From Takakia lepidozioides (taxonomy: Eukaryota > Plantae > Bryophyta), in contig CM060732.1 of NCBI GenBank assembly GCA_030704615.1, forward strand, positions 8,866,001-8,930,000: 64,000 nt of DNA, written 5' to 3'. The translations under genes were made by a program, and so were the position numbers. Of this stretch, positions 26,430-39,800 are shown one piece after another (position 1 is the stretch's first letter; each line of letters starts with the position of its first letter). The notes beneath the pieces were generated by a model. The model was not told the origin of the DNA. It saw only the letters and a program-made list of their open reading frames with translations, and made no database searches.

Positions 26430-27375
26430 GCTGATAATCCATGTCAAGCAATTTAGATCCATTGCTTGCCCCAACACCTGACGACGTGATGCCTCAGAAA
26501 GAGAAGGCACCGCCGTGGTCCCAGTGGGAAAACCCATAGCGCTCTCGCTCGTCGGCATTAGGCTCCACTAACTGCTGCAACTGAGCATCCCACAGGAGGC
26601 CAGGTCCGCTATCCCGGAAAGCATGCGATCCTGGGAAGCTGAGCAGTGTAGGTAGTGCTGCTTGTGGTCGACCCACCTTGTTGACCACTGCCAAAGGCGA
26701 ATGGTCATCATGTCTCACACGCTGAGACTACCTCCCTGTGTCCAAAATGCTATCCACTGTGAGGTATGCTGGCCGCTGCACCCCATCAAATGCACGCTTA
26801 AGCAGTGCGGGTGGCATCAAGTTAGTCCACCATAACCATGGACGATGAGCCCATGACCCCACTGTAGCTGCATCCAGCAACACTGCTGACCCAAGCCACG
26901 ACCGGACTTGATGCACACTGGCCATCACCCTGGCCCGAGAATTGCCCATCAGTGGCACATTCTCCAAGTGTATGCTGGAGATACAGCTTGATGAAGCTGT
27001 AAGTGGCACAAAACCTGCACCATCTCCTAAAACAGACCCGACCTCGAGTCTTGCAATCCATTGCCATGCCCGGCTGATGAATGCTCTTGGCAGGGCCAAC
27101 CTGCCACTACCAAATCAATGGAGCCAACCCGCTCCAAATCCTGCACCCCCAGCAACGAAATGTCTCATGGCAAGGCCTGCTGATATCCACGAACTGCAGA
27201 CACCGGCAACAACTCAGGGTACTGCTACACCAACTGAGCAACATGGCGTAGGGAGACGCGTCGTGCAGTCTCATCCCTCTCCACATAGAGGTAACGCCGT
27301 ACCTGTACACCTGTCTATAGAAGAGCAGCCAATCCGGTGCTAATCCCACCAAACAAGTCCAGAAGGCAAATGCCT
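26430..27375 (-). pseudogene. DNMT3-like C5 cytosine DNA methyltransferase domain within the retroelement polyprotein
   Basis: Motif I LLDLFGGISTG; motif II YLYVERD; motif IV DLVVAGWPCQ..S.AG...GLQD.RSGLF; motif VI ENV; motif VIII AHRP.L.WTNL; motifs IX-X ERAMGFPTGTT...SRRQVLGQAMD. Several stops and frameshifts. Confidence 0.85.
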
Positions 27376-27789
27376 TCATCCGGACACTGCCACATGATCG
27401 GTGTGGTGTCCAATGGTGACAATTGAGGTGGACCTGGTGCAATCCCCGCACTGTCCTCCTCTCCTGACGGTACAAAAGCCTCTACACAGGCTTGTTGCAC
27501 CCGACAATCAGCAACCCGTTGCAAATCCTTGCTTGAGCCCCATAATGGAGTGTGAGCAACCATGGCAGGCAACTCCGCCATACCATACATGTCATCCTGC
27601 TCTCCCGGAGGTGACACATCCTCTGAATGAGTGTTGCCATCCAACAACTCTCCAGGTCAAGTCACTGCAGCTGTGAATGCTGCAAGTGTTGGCATCTTGC
27701 TTCGCTGGGCTATCGCAACTCCTCTTATGAACGTCACAGGGAGCTGCACACGCCAGCCCTCCCCTGACTGCCATTCAGGCCTATAGGAA

Positions 27790-28110
27790 GCTGACTCCTC
27801 CCAAAAATCCAGGGTGAAGCCCATGGGGTACAACACTGCCCCACCAACAAGGACATCGTATGAGACCGCGTCTGTCACAATGGCCTTGGCTCTCATCACT
27901 GAGCCATCTGTAGGATGATCCGGCTATAGTTTGATAGCCAACTCACGTCGTGTTATGCCCCGAACCTACTCTGACCCTCCCAGAGATGTCTGTATCTGGA
28001 AAGGGCACGGCTCCATATCCGCCTCCGTGAGGCCCAAGCCTGCAATAGCAGCTCTGCCCAGCATCAATGGCTGAGCTCCCGAGTCCAACAAGACCCGCAG
28101 TGGCCGGTAC
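27790..28110 (-). pseudogene. Retroviral-type aspartic protease
   Basis: RVLLDSGAQPLMLG ... YDVLVGGAVL. Confidence 0.8.
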
Positions 28111-28729
28111 CTCTTGCCTGCCGGTCCACTCAAACAGAAAATGCCATCCTGGTTGTTTAACATGACAACTCCAGGTGTCACCATGGCGCGCTCAATGGCT
28201 GGCCTAGCTGACAGCTCCATCAACCTAGCAGCTGTAGCTTGCCATGGCGCCGCCGTGGCAGTCTTGACCCCCACATCCGAGGATCCCTCCGGCACTACAC
28301 CTCCCACTATCTCCGCAGAAGATGAAGTAACCTCCCCACTCTCACATAGTGTAGCTGCTAGCTTGAACACCTCAGCTGGTCTTACCCCCGGCGTCGCAAT
28401 CATGGTAGCCAAGAATAATGGAGCCTGGCACATAGCTGTGGCTGCCCCCAGCAGCACACTAGCTGCCGTAGCCTTGGCAACACTAGGTAGTGGTGTTGCC
28501 CGTGTAGCTCTCCCCAATGGCATAGTAACCTCCGCCTCGGTAACAGTCGGGCGAGAACTAGGTGTCATGGACGGCGTCGACATTGTCTCCGCCAATGTGA
28601 ATGACTGAGGAAGCCTGGCCTGACGGCTTGCCTCCCCACGCTGTGGATCCAACTCCACCTCCGCACCCCGTGGCTCAGGAACTTGTGCTGCTCCTCGAGT
28701 CACTGCCGCAGCTGACTCCACTTGCACTA

Positions 28730-30396
28730 GTGGTAGTCATGCCCCGCACATAGTGGTAGTGGTAGTCCTGCCCGGCACTAGTGGTAGTGGTGCCCCACCC
28801 ATAGTGGTAGTGGTAGTGGCACCCCTCACTAGTGGTAGTGCTGCCCCGCACATGAATCCCATGCCTCCTAAGTCTCCTCCCTCAGGAGCAGGAGGTGGAC
28901 CATCCAGCCTTGGAGCCGGTACCACCTGAGCTGTGGCCATGGTAGCGAGCCTCTGCTCTAGCTGCTGAAGCCGGTTGGCCATGCCTTGGTCACCACCCTG
29001 ACCTCCACGTCCTTGGCCATGTTGAGCCTGGCCTTGGCCTGCACCTCGTGTCTGGCCACCTCGTCCTCTCTGGGCTGCTCCACCTCGCCCCCAGCCACCA
29101 TTGTTCCATGGAACTGGCCTGGGCACAACTCAGGGTGCAAACCATAGCACTGGGCCTCTCCATGCCCGTACCTGCCACAATGCCCACACTGCACCTGTGC
29201 AGGCTGTGCCGGTGCCAAACCATTGCCTCCCTCTGGGCAATCATTCTTGACATGGGGTCCTCCACATGTCCAGCACACCACATCCGCCCGTTGTTGGCCA
29301 GCAAATGAAGGGAGAGACCCCTGCATCTGAGGTCCTCTTTGCCCTTCCCTGGGCTTCACCTGAGCCCCCTTGCTACCTTGAGCACGTTGAGGTAGTGGCT
29401 GGTTAGGAGCACCATTACCCCGTGGTGCCTCTTTAGCAAATCCTACCATGACCACTCGTTCCTCCACCATGTTGAGCTATATCTGCTCTGCCAGCAAAAA
29501 CACATTTGCTAAGGTGGGTTGGGCCGCTTGTAGGAGAGTTGCATCCCGCACCCTTCTCCTCAGCTCCTTGTCCAATATCCCGTACCAGAACTGGACTGCC
29601 TGAGCCTCCGTAACCCCTTGGGTTACATAATCAAGCGCCTCATGCAAGTGAAAGCCTCCCTCAAGCTCTCAGTAGGCTTCCGTTGGAACTCTTGCAAGCT
29701 CCTCAACTTCTCTGTCCTCACCCCTTGGTAGTTCCTTCTCAACTCTTCGAAGAACTCCACAACAGGGTTGAAGGCAGGCACCGCCACTGGTGCTGGTGCA
29801 GCAGTACCTTGGGTGGCCGTCGTAGTTGTTGTACCACTAGTCCCACTACTGCTCGTGGAAGCTGCTGTTGTAGCTGCTGCTGCTGGTGCAGCTGCCGGTG
29901 TGGCTGCTGCCCTTATGCCTCTAGTGCCTCTAGTGATGGAGACATAGTCGGGTGACCAGTACATCCTCTACTCCTCGATCTCAACATCGTGCCCCCGCCT
30001 AAACTCATGGTAATCGTCCATGGGCGGCCCCTCAAGAAGCTGAAATAGCCCCTTCCATGCCATGAAAGGCATAAATAGTTGTGGATTGCGCATTTTCTGC
30101 AAGTCACACCAACTATCAAACTTTTGGATAAAATCATCCAACTCAATGGTGCCCACCGCCCCAGAGTACCTTCGTGGCCCCTTGGTGGCTCCATACATCT
30201 CCTCCATCGTGTCCCACAACAATGGCAAGGAAACAACTTGCACTGCCGGTGTGAGTCTTCCTGATTCACAATCCGAATCATAACCTTCCGTAGAAGACAC
30301 AAGAGGTGAAGGTGGCCTAAACCGCACACCTCGTCTCGTATACCCGCTAGTATCGCTAGTGCTCGTACCGGCACTTTCCCCAGCAACTAGTCGCAC
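28730..30396 (-). pseudogene. Gag-like region with two Zn knuckles
   Basis: RYSG...ELDDFIQKFDSWC; FQRKPTESLREAF; CWTCGGPHVKNDC; CGHCGRYGHGEAQC. Confidence 0.8.
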
Positions 30397-30732
30397 CTCC
30401 GTGTTGACAAACTGACACTCAACCGGTCATGAACATGTCTCTAAACCCCTTTCCACAAGGTAACCGGGTAGAGAACCTGATGCGGCTTATGGTTTGGAAT
30501 ACTAGGTTCCTAACATAGCCTGCGCCTGCACGTGCACCTGCATCCACCGCAGGCACTCCTATGGTTGGCTGGTCATCACCTCCAACCTCACCACAGGAGA
30601 AACAAAGATGGTATGACTGGTCATCAACCCAGCCTCACCATCGACAGCATGCTCTAGGGTGGGATCGGCGATAAAGCTCGAGTCCACCACCTATAAAATC
30701 AAGCGCCCACACAAAACTAGCATGGCGCACAA

Positions 30733-31974
30733 TCAAGCCTTAGGCTGATATGGAGGCAACTTCTCAGGCATAGGAGATCCCCGTTGTTTCTTCTCCGGCA
30801 TTTGTATCGCATAATCCTCAGCCATGTCAAAATTCCCGTCCATAGAACCAGATGTATCCAAATCATCTTCCCCCCGTTGGCCGTACTGTTTCCTGACCTT
30901 CTGTGGCTTCTCAGTAAGCTTAATTGGCATACAATGTATGCCAACCATGTCTGGAAGCTTATATTGTAAGATTTGTGTCAACCTCTTTCGGGCAAGATTA
31001 GTATATGCCCGCAGCTCATCATCTGTATAGCTGAGTGGGGTGCCAATGACTTTGGAAAAGTGTAGCCACTTTCTGGCTTCATGCCCTTTGGGAAAGATGT
31101 GGTCAAGGCCCAAGTTCTCCTTGGCCAAGTTCTCCAGAGCAAAAGTAAACCAAGAACGGAGTTGGGGATCCTTCTGAAGCATGATCCTTACATCATACAG
31201 ATATGTGTGTGGTGGAACTGGAGGTAACGTCCAATGCTCCCCACTGGAATAAGTCTGAAACCTCATTTGCATCTTTTGCTGCTCAGTGTGGTAGTGTAAA
31301 ATAAAATAAGTAGCATAATACAGCCCACATCTCATGACCAAACTAGGTACCTCCTTGGTCTTGGTGTAGATGAATCCATGAACAATCTGGAAGGCAATTA
31401 ATTCCTTCAGCATGGTTCCTGCCTCAGACCAATACCGTGCGAAATGGTGATCCTCAATGGGTCAGTCAGTTGGAAGAACCTTAATCCGAGTTGCCACTGG
31501 CAACCAAATGCGTATAATCTGGTAATAGTGTGCCAAAGACTCTGGAGGACTGAATTCTTTCCAAGCCAAATCCATAACAATGGGAATTTGGTTGAAGGGT
31601 AGAATCATAGCCCAATTGTATTCAAGTGCAGCGGGTGTAGTAGGTGGGTTAAAAGAAGCATCACCCCAAACCTCAGACAGTGATTGCTGCAGTGCCATGG
31701 TATCAACACTATCTACCTGGTGTGGCTACTGTGATGTTGTTGCCACAGTCCCACCTGATGTGGCTACTGTGATGTTGTTGCCACAGTCCCTCCTGATGTT
31801 GACAAGTCCTGCACTTCCTGTGCTGAAGATTGACAAATCAAAGTCCTTGCCTGCAAGTAAGTAGCCATGAGCTGTTCCTCAAGAACAAAGACCCGTTTCT
31901 CAATGTTGAAGCTCAAGTCATCCATTTGAGTCTGAAGCCCTTCCACATCCTCCTGCAACTCAGCTATCCGATTA
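30733..31974 (-). pseudogene. 3' part of an unknown gene (coiled-coil start) that was the insertion target of the Mutator-like element
   Basis: Collinear ORF pieces 31764..31974, 31462..31698 and 30733..31413. Begins at the TSD (NRIAELQEDVEG). Internal ~41-bp duplication at ~31720-31795. Confidence 0.5.
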
Positions 31975-32821
31975 GAGGTTTACTATTTCATGAGCAGAAA
32001 CCATGAGCCATGAGCCATGAGCCACATGAGCGGTGAGCCGAAGTCTAAGACACGCGGATTTCATGAACGGACTACTCCAAATTTGGAAATGCGGCAGATT
32101 AAACAAGTATTAAAATAATAGTTTTTTAATTTGACCTTGCCGTTTTTGGATGTTCCACATCCTGTAATGCGGCGAAGATATGTCGTCAGTAACAAGTCCG
32201 CTCATGGTTTTTTAGATCCGCTCATGGAAATGAGTGACCGTGCAACGAGAAATCCAGTATACCACGGCAAAAGGACGTCGCATACTGGCCTGTATAGAGT
32301 ATTCCGCGGTTTTACATGCCTTAACATTGGAATGAAGGGTGACCCTTTTGCCGCGATTGAACCAATAGAGTCTGCACCAATAGAGTCTGCAGTACTTCAC
32401 AATTCTGTCATCTTCGGGTATTCGGCGGGAAAGGTTTGCGACTCAACTGGGAAATGCGGTGCCGCATTAGGGTTCGCACGTGCAAAATTTCTGGGCGGTT
32501 TGGTGTTGGCAAAGGCCGCATCTACCAGTACCTACGATGTTACTTGGAAATGCGGCGCCGCATTTCCTTACCGGGGGTCGAATGAGGAAAGCAAAGTTTG
32601 GGAGAGCAGAAAAACATGAACCCTCCAACACACAAAAATACATGCACGTGGAAACACAAGTGAATGACATAGTATTATCTTAGTTCGAGCAAAATAGGTT
32701 ACTGGTAGGCAAGACATAAGTCGGACCTTTCTGTGGCCAGAGTCAGAGCTACTTGCAGCAGTACAATTCTACTATCCGAAAAGGATGGGCATACCATTGT
32801 GTTGGGACCCGCAAGCCAAGC

Positions 32822-35800
32822 TCACTCGTCCCTTGGATCCATATTCAGAAGAGTGTGCACCTCTTGGGGGCTCAACCCTAGTGCATGTATGAAGTGATGA
32901 GTTGTGGAATTACACCGGAGTCTCTTTAGGTACACGTAGTACAGATGCTTGCAAGGGCAGTATGATGCCCCCTTGTTCGCCATGATCTGGAAGTCGGTGC
33001 AATTGCAGGTGGGTAATTCTGAAATGGTGATGGTGTACACTTCATTGCGAACAGCTGAGCCTGCCGTGGCCATTTGATACACACGCCCGAAGCCTGGTGG
33101 GGGCACTTCTGTCGAGCTCTGGATTGTACAGTTCATCTGAAGTGCATTCCCCATCCTTGTCTCGTTCACTTTTGAGGGAGGTCGCCGCCTCTTTGGTTTC
33201 CCCCAACGGTGTGTAGGATGCTTAGAGTTGTCGCATCCGATTGTTCTTGCTCTCACAGGGGTCGGTGGTGGAGGCTGTGGAAGCGGAAATGGTTGTCTGG
33301 GGACGTCAGTGCGCTGCACCATCCAAAATCCTGCGGCAGTAAGGGCGTCGGCCTCAACCTGACTCAGATCGTAGCCTAGTTCCACCGGCCACACCGGGGG
33401 AGCCTCTGGCATTGTTTGTATGCTGTACTTGGGCTTTCCATACACGCAAGTCATAATGTCGTGCTTGCAGAACCAGAACTGGGTGGTTGTCGCCTCCGCA
33501 AACTTTGCATGGACAAATCTTCTTGTGAAAGTAGGAGCAGGGACAGCCCCATCTGGATTCCTCCTTATCATCTCTAAACAACGTTGCCGTGTATCCACTC
33601 AAATTGCGGAACACCTGCCTCGAAACGACGGCTTTGTGCGAGCAATTCTCCACTGTGACACAGACACAGTTGTCTCCACAACGGCTTGGCCATACTGCAT
33701 AACAGCGGGCGGAATCTGGGACAAGCGAGCGGTGGGAATTTCTCGCACGGAATCCCCGCTTGAAGGCGATGGCGATCTGGAATTTCTTGGGCTTCCACTG
33801 CTGGAAGACACATTGTGCGGCAACATGACGAGACCTCGAGGTGCTGTCCGAATGTTCCTATCGGATCTCCAGGAATCCTCTTCGCACCCGGGTTCCTCTT
33901 CAATCCTCCGCCTCACAAGGCGAGTACGGACGTCCCCCTCTAGGTGTTCACCTCTGCGGTGCAGAGGCGTCCCTTTGATCTTCTCTCGCAATGCTGTCGC
34001 CCATTTCAGTGGATTCTTCGACCTCGAAGCTATTCGTACCAACAATTCCTCCCTGTCCGGCCCAAAGCCCCATTGTTTCCCACTCAGGAACTTGTAGTAT
34101 GTGGCTTGCTGCATGATTGCTCTGTCGATGTCCTCCGTTGTGGCCGTCAATACGTCCACCAGATGTGCGGCAGAAGACGCTCGCCAAGAGGAGTGGACTG
34201 ATTCTGCCATATTCGTGTTCGGCATGTCCGTGTTGGAATCCAAGCACCGCTCCTACAAGGACACAAACAATGGTGAGGGACCAATGGAAAGGTCCGTAAT
34301 AGAAAGACAATTGCACAAAAATAACAGCATCATACCTCCCACATGTACTGTCCAAACTGTCGATACCGGAAATGCCACCACCCCAACCAGCTGTGCAGGG
34401 CTCCCAGATTGGTTGTCTCCACTGCACCTGACGTGTTCCACCAAGCCTCGATGATAGTAAACTTAACCTCCGCGTCATCAAATGTGGGTGCATCCTTCCA
34501 CGCCGTACAAAGGACACAATGTTCAGCCTGGAATGAGCTAGCAACAAATTTGGTAGTGTAGTGAGATAGACTTTGCATCCAATGGAATCCACAGGATCTC
34601 TCTTTCCCCTCCATTGGAACATTGGGGTCCTCACCGTACACACGCCATACCGCTTCCCAGTTGGCTTGAGCGTTGTCTGCCATGAATCCCCTGAAATTGG
34701 GCTCTGCCAATCCCGCCCTTGCCATCTGCTCGTTTATGCCCTCCCACAGATGCATCTCCGACTGTGTGTCCTCCCCTTTCATCTCGCAGATTGCAATCGT
34801 CATGAGCCTCTTGGAGTGATAGTCATAAACATGCGCACCCATAGTCACCCACTGATGGTTTGTAATTTGCTTGATGTGATCAAACATCACCCAAGCATTC
34901 GACAAGTTTCCAGTTGTCATGCGAGTGACCAAGTCGACTCCACTCCTAGGCCCACACGTCGACATTTTAAAAATGTAACAACGATCGGATTCGCTGTCTT
35001 GCCCTGGAAACCTGCTACCTTGGATGTAGTCATATCCAGTCATTCGTTTCACCTCCAGGATTGAGTGCATGTCCGACCCCCCGCCGAACTCCTGCTTGCA
35101 AGATACGATGTGATTCCGCACATTCGGACTACAAACGTGCGAGACGGACTCCAACAGGTCAAGCATCTCCTCTTCGTTCAAGGGCACTCGGTCTGAACCA
35201 TCTTCAGACATGATTTTGCGAGGAGCAATCTTGTGGGCTGCCTTGAGCTGAATCTGCTTTGGTTTGGCTCCGGGGCTCAATTTCACCTCCTCTTTTATGA
35301 TGTCGTGTGCTTCCTGCACAGCCTCACGTATGTTGCCTTTCGCCAAGGGGTGGCAGTGGACCCCAACGTGTATGCAAGCTCTAGTCAAGTCCGGGAGCAA
35401 ATGGATTACGTAATATTGCTTGGCTCTGCACATAGACATGCACGTCGGTGGTTCTTTGCAATGTGCGCACTTGAAAGTACCCGTAGGAGCTTGGCTGGAG
35501 ACAATGAATGGATGATGGGTTGTGCCAGTCCAATCCGTCTCGTTTCTCCGCCCTCCTTTGGAGAGAAAGTGGAAGCAGGCGGGATTGAGGCACCTCAGCT
35601 TCCCCGCACAGAGGACGTATCGTACACGAACACCATCAGCAATTTTCGTGCTACTGGTCTTCGGCACACACCAGGGGTGTCCGTCATGCTTTCGATCCAT
35701 GTCTGTTAACATCCCTGAGGCTTTGTTTGACGAAGTAACAGGTGGAAACTCAAAGATGACATTGCCATCGACTTCGGGAGGCAGATACGTTACCTTCCTG

Positions 35801-36564
35801 ACTGGAAATTTGACATAGTCGAGAGCAGCCAGCTCGGAGCAAGAACCATCGAGGTGATGTTGCCGTAGGAGCTGCACAATGGACCGCGTTGGAGTTATGC
35901 TCGAGGGTACATGCGTAGCACCTGCAGAGACGTCCATGTCGGATTTGAATGACCGTGTGGAGGACATGGGGACCTCAATGCACTCATCTTCCTCGTCGGA
36001 AATGTCGAATACGTCCACACGAGAAGCTATGGAGGGTCTTGACGGTCGAGGTCGGGAATGATTATCGTTGCATACCTCTTTGTTGGCACTGGCCGCCTGT
36101 CGGTTTCCCGACTCCTTTATGGATGGTGTGGGCAGCGACTGATTCGGAAAGGGAATGGGCATCCCCACAGCTCGGTACATGATGGTGTCTGATGGGGGTA
36201 CGTGCCATTCGATTCCGCAACCTCCGTCGTTACCTAGCACGACAATGGTCTCGTCAACCTATCCAGGAACATCCTTCTTTTCTTCTTCCAAATAAATTGT
36301 GCCCGGTTTGAGCTTGAATTTGGAACCAATGTAAGTTTCAGTCACTCTGCAAAGTCCTCCCTCGTTTGGGATCCAGGCTCTCCCAAGTTGCGGAGGACAA
36401 CAAACTATAGTGTAGGAATTCGGAGCCATCGAACACCGCACGAAGTTGGCTAGTGCGAGGTTCAGTATAGCGACAGACCAAGGCTCACAGGCACCATCTA
36501 AGTGGATCTGCGGAGTCCATCGACGATTGGAAGTCGCACATTGAAGTGGAAAGTATTGTTTCAA
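32822..36564 (-). pseudogene. MULE-type DDE transposase with N-terminal GCM-like Zn domain and C-terminal SWIM finger
   Basis: GCM-like DGHPW...CAGKLRCLNPAC...CAHC...C...HVGVHCHP. DDE core VMFDH, FMADNAQAN, CGFHWMQS, TNMAESVH. SWIM CNCTDF...CKHLYYV. 83-bp intron at 34253-34335. In-frame stops at 36259 and 33599. True start uncertain. Confidence 0.8.
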
Positions 36565-36819
36565 GCTACATGCATGAAGGTGGGAGGTGTGATTCCATAT
36601 CCACTAAGTATGACAATGATGGCCGATTCGGCGACGAAATAACATCTCCTGACAGTTTCTCCTGAGGGTGGATCAACCAGTATTCGCGGTGCAGACATGA
36701 ACGTTCGCACTGACAAGAGCCAGGACTGTTAGTTAAAACGGTTAGACAACCAAGTTGTGCTCATTAAGACAGGCCGCAATTGTGTTGTTTCGGAACAATG
36801 CAACCCATTGCACATGGCC

Positions 36820-39800
36820 GAATGGGAATGCGGTCCCGCATCTCAGTTTGACATCATCCTCTCGTTGATTGTGATCGGAAATGCGGCACCGCATTTCCGT
36901 CAACAAGGAAACCAAAATACTGGTGCAACGGAAATGCGGTACCAAATTTCAGTCCACTGTAAAAGCAGGCCCATGGTGGAACGGAAATGCGGTATCGCAT
37001 TTAGGTCCAACAGGACTAGGAACACACGGTGGAAAATAATAGCGGCATTGTCATCGACTAGGACGGTTTGGATAGGCGGGAACGGAAATGCGGTGCCGAA
37101 TTTTCATCCGGTCTATTTCAATGGAATCTAGTGGATGGAAATGAGGTTCCGCATTTCCATCCGGTGTGCTATTTTCGATTGCTGTTGGACGGAAATACGG
37201 CGCCGCATTTCCGTTTTGCATCTTAGTCATGCAGCAGTGCGACGAAAATGCGGCACCGCATTTCCGTCCGGGGGAAACCTTTATACTCTCTAGAACGAAA
37301 ATGCGGTGCCGCATTTCCGTCCAACAAGTACGGTATGTGACAGTGGAACGGAAATGCGGTACCGCTTTTCCGTTCAGATTGAAAATCATGAACCACTGGA
37401 ACTCAAATGCGGCACGGCATTCCGTCCGAGTCGCACCTTCCGACATTCCAGAACGGAAATGAGGCGCCGCATTTCCCTTTTGTATCTCACGCATGGAGCT
37501 ATGCGACGGAAATGCGACACGGCATTTCCGTTCAACAACTGAGGTATGTGAAGGTGGAACGGAAATGCGGTACCGCATTTCCGTTCTGATTGAAAATCAT
37601 GAACCACTAGAACTGAAATACGGCACAACATTTCCGTCCGAGTCGCACCTTCCGACATTCCACAACGGAAATTCGGCGACGCATTTCCGTTTTGTATCTC
37701 AGGCATAGAGCTGTGGGAGGAAAATGCGGCACCGCATTTCCGTCCAGGTGAGACCTTCATACTCTCCAGAACGTAAATGCGGCACGGCATTTCCGTTCAA
37801 CAACTAAGGTATGTGAAGGTGGAACGGAAATGCAGTACCACATTTCCGTTCTGATTGAAAATCATGAACCACTGGAACTAAAATGCGGCACCGCAATTCC
37901 ATCCGAGTTCCACCTTCTGACATTCGAGAACGGAAATGCGGCGCCGCATTTCCATTTTCTATCTGTGGCATGGAGCTGTGGCATGGAAATGCGGCACCGC
38001 ATTTCCGTCCGGGAGAGACCTTCATACTCTCCAGAATGAAAATACGGTACCGCATTTCCGTCCGGGGAAGACCTTCATACTCTCCAGACCAAAAATACGG
38101 TACCGCATTTCCGTCCCACACCGAAAATCGTGAACCCCACCGGAACTGAAATGCGGCTCCGCATTTCCGTCCGAGTCGCACCTTCCGACATTTCAGAACG
38201 AAAATGCGGCGCCGCATTTCCGTTTTCTATCTCAGGCATGGAGCAGTGGGACGGAAATGCGGCGCCGCATTTCCGTTTTCTATCTCAGGCATGGAGCAGT
38301 GGGACGGAAATGCGGCTCCGCATTTCCGTCCGGGGGAGACCTTCATACTCTCCAGAAGGGAAATGCGGTACCGCATTTCCGTTCTGAATGAAAATCGTGA
38401 ACCACCGGAACTGAAATGCAGCACCGCATTTCCGTCCGAGTCGCACCTTCCGACATTCCAGAACGAAAATGTGGCGCCGCATTTCCGTTTTGTATCTCAG
38501 GCATGGAGGTGTGTGACGGAAATGCGGCACCGCATTTCCGTCCAGGGGAGACCTTCATACTCTCCAGAACGGGAATGCGGTACCGCATTCCCGTTCGGAC
38601 TGAAAATCGTGAACCACTGGAACTGAAATGCGGCACCGCATTTCCGTCCGAGTCGCACCTTCCGACATTTTAAAACGGAAATGCGGCGCCGCAATTCCGT
38701 TTTGTATCTGAGGCATGGAGCTGTGGGACGGAAATGCGGCACCGCATTTCCGTCCGAGTCGCATCTTCCGACATTCCAAAACAGAAATGCGGCGCCGCAT
38801 TTTTCCGTTTTCTATTTCAGGCATGGAGCATTGGGACGGAAATGCGGCTCCTCATTTCCGTCCGGGGGAGACCTTCATACTTTCCAGAAGGGAAATGCGG
38901 TACTGCGTTTTCGTTCTGACTGAAAATCGTGAACCACCGGAACTGAAATGCGGCACCGCATTTCCTCCGAGTCGCACCTTCCGACATTCCAGAACGAAAA
39001 TGCGGCGCCCCATTTCCGTTTTGTATCTCAGGCATGGAGGTGTGGGACGGAAATGCGGCACCGCATTTCCGTCTAGGGGAGACCTTCATACTCTCCAGAA
39101 TGGAAATGCGGTACCGCATTCCCGTTCGGACTGAAAATCGTGAACTACCGGAACTGAAATGCGGCACCGCATTTCCGTCCGAGTCGCACCTTCCGACATT
39201 TCAAAACGGAAATGTGGCGTCGCAATACTTGATTTTGTATCTGAGGCATGGAGCTGTGGGACGGAAATGCGGCACCGGATTTCCGTCCGGGGGAGACCTG
39301 CGTACTCTCCAGATCGGAAATGCGGTACCGTATTTCCGTTCTAACTGAAAATCGTGAACCACCGGAACTGAAATGCGGCACCGCATTTCCGTCCGAGTCG
39401 CACTTTTCGACATTCCAAAACGGAAATGCGGCGCCGCATTTTCCCGTTTTCTATCTCAGGCATGGAGCATTGGGACGGAAATGCGGCTCCGCATTTCCGT
39501 CCGGGGGAGACCTTCATACTTTTTAGAAGGGAAATGCGGTACTGCATTTTCGTTCTGACTGAAAATCGTGAACCACCGGAACTGAAATGCGGCACCGCAT
39601 TTCCGTCCGAGTCGCACCTTCTGACATTCCAGAACGAAAATGCGGCGCCGCATTTCCGTTTTGTATCTCAGGCATGGAGGTGTGGGACGGAAATGCGGCA
39701 CCGCATTTCCGTCCGAGTCGCACCTTCCGACATTTCAAAACGGAAATGCGGCGCCGCAATTCCGTTTTGTATCTGAGGCATGGAGCTGTGGGACGGAAAT

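Larger units (their letters stand above)
23682..30731 (-). mobile_element. Ty3/Gypsy-type retroelement carrying a cytosine-5 DNA methyltransferase and a PHD finger; RT/RH largely deleted; no LTRs seen
   Basis: Domain order on the minus strand: gag (two Zn knuckles), PR (VLLDSGA), DNMT, RT/RH remnants, integrase, PHD, AATAAA and an A-rich tail. Boundaries approximate. Confidence 0.8.

Noticed and set aside
32822-36564. KDZ/Zisupton or hAT assignment because of the 8-bp TSD and SWIM
   Set aside because: The catalytic core follows the MULE pattern (D...D, CxFH, TNxxES). Kept as Mutator-like, though the superfamily needs a phylogeny.
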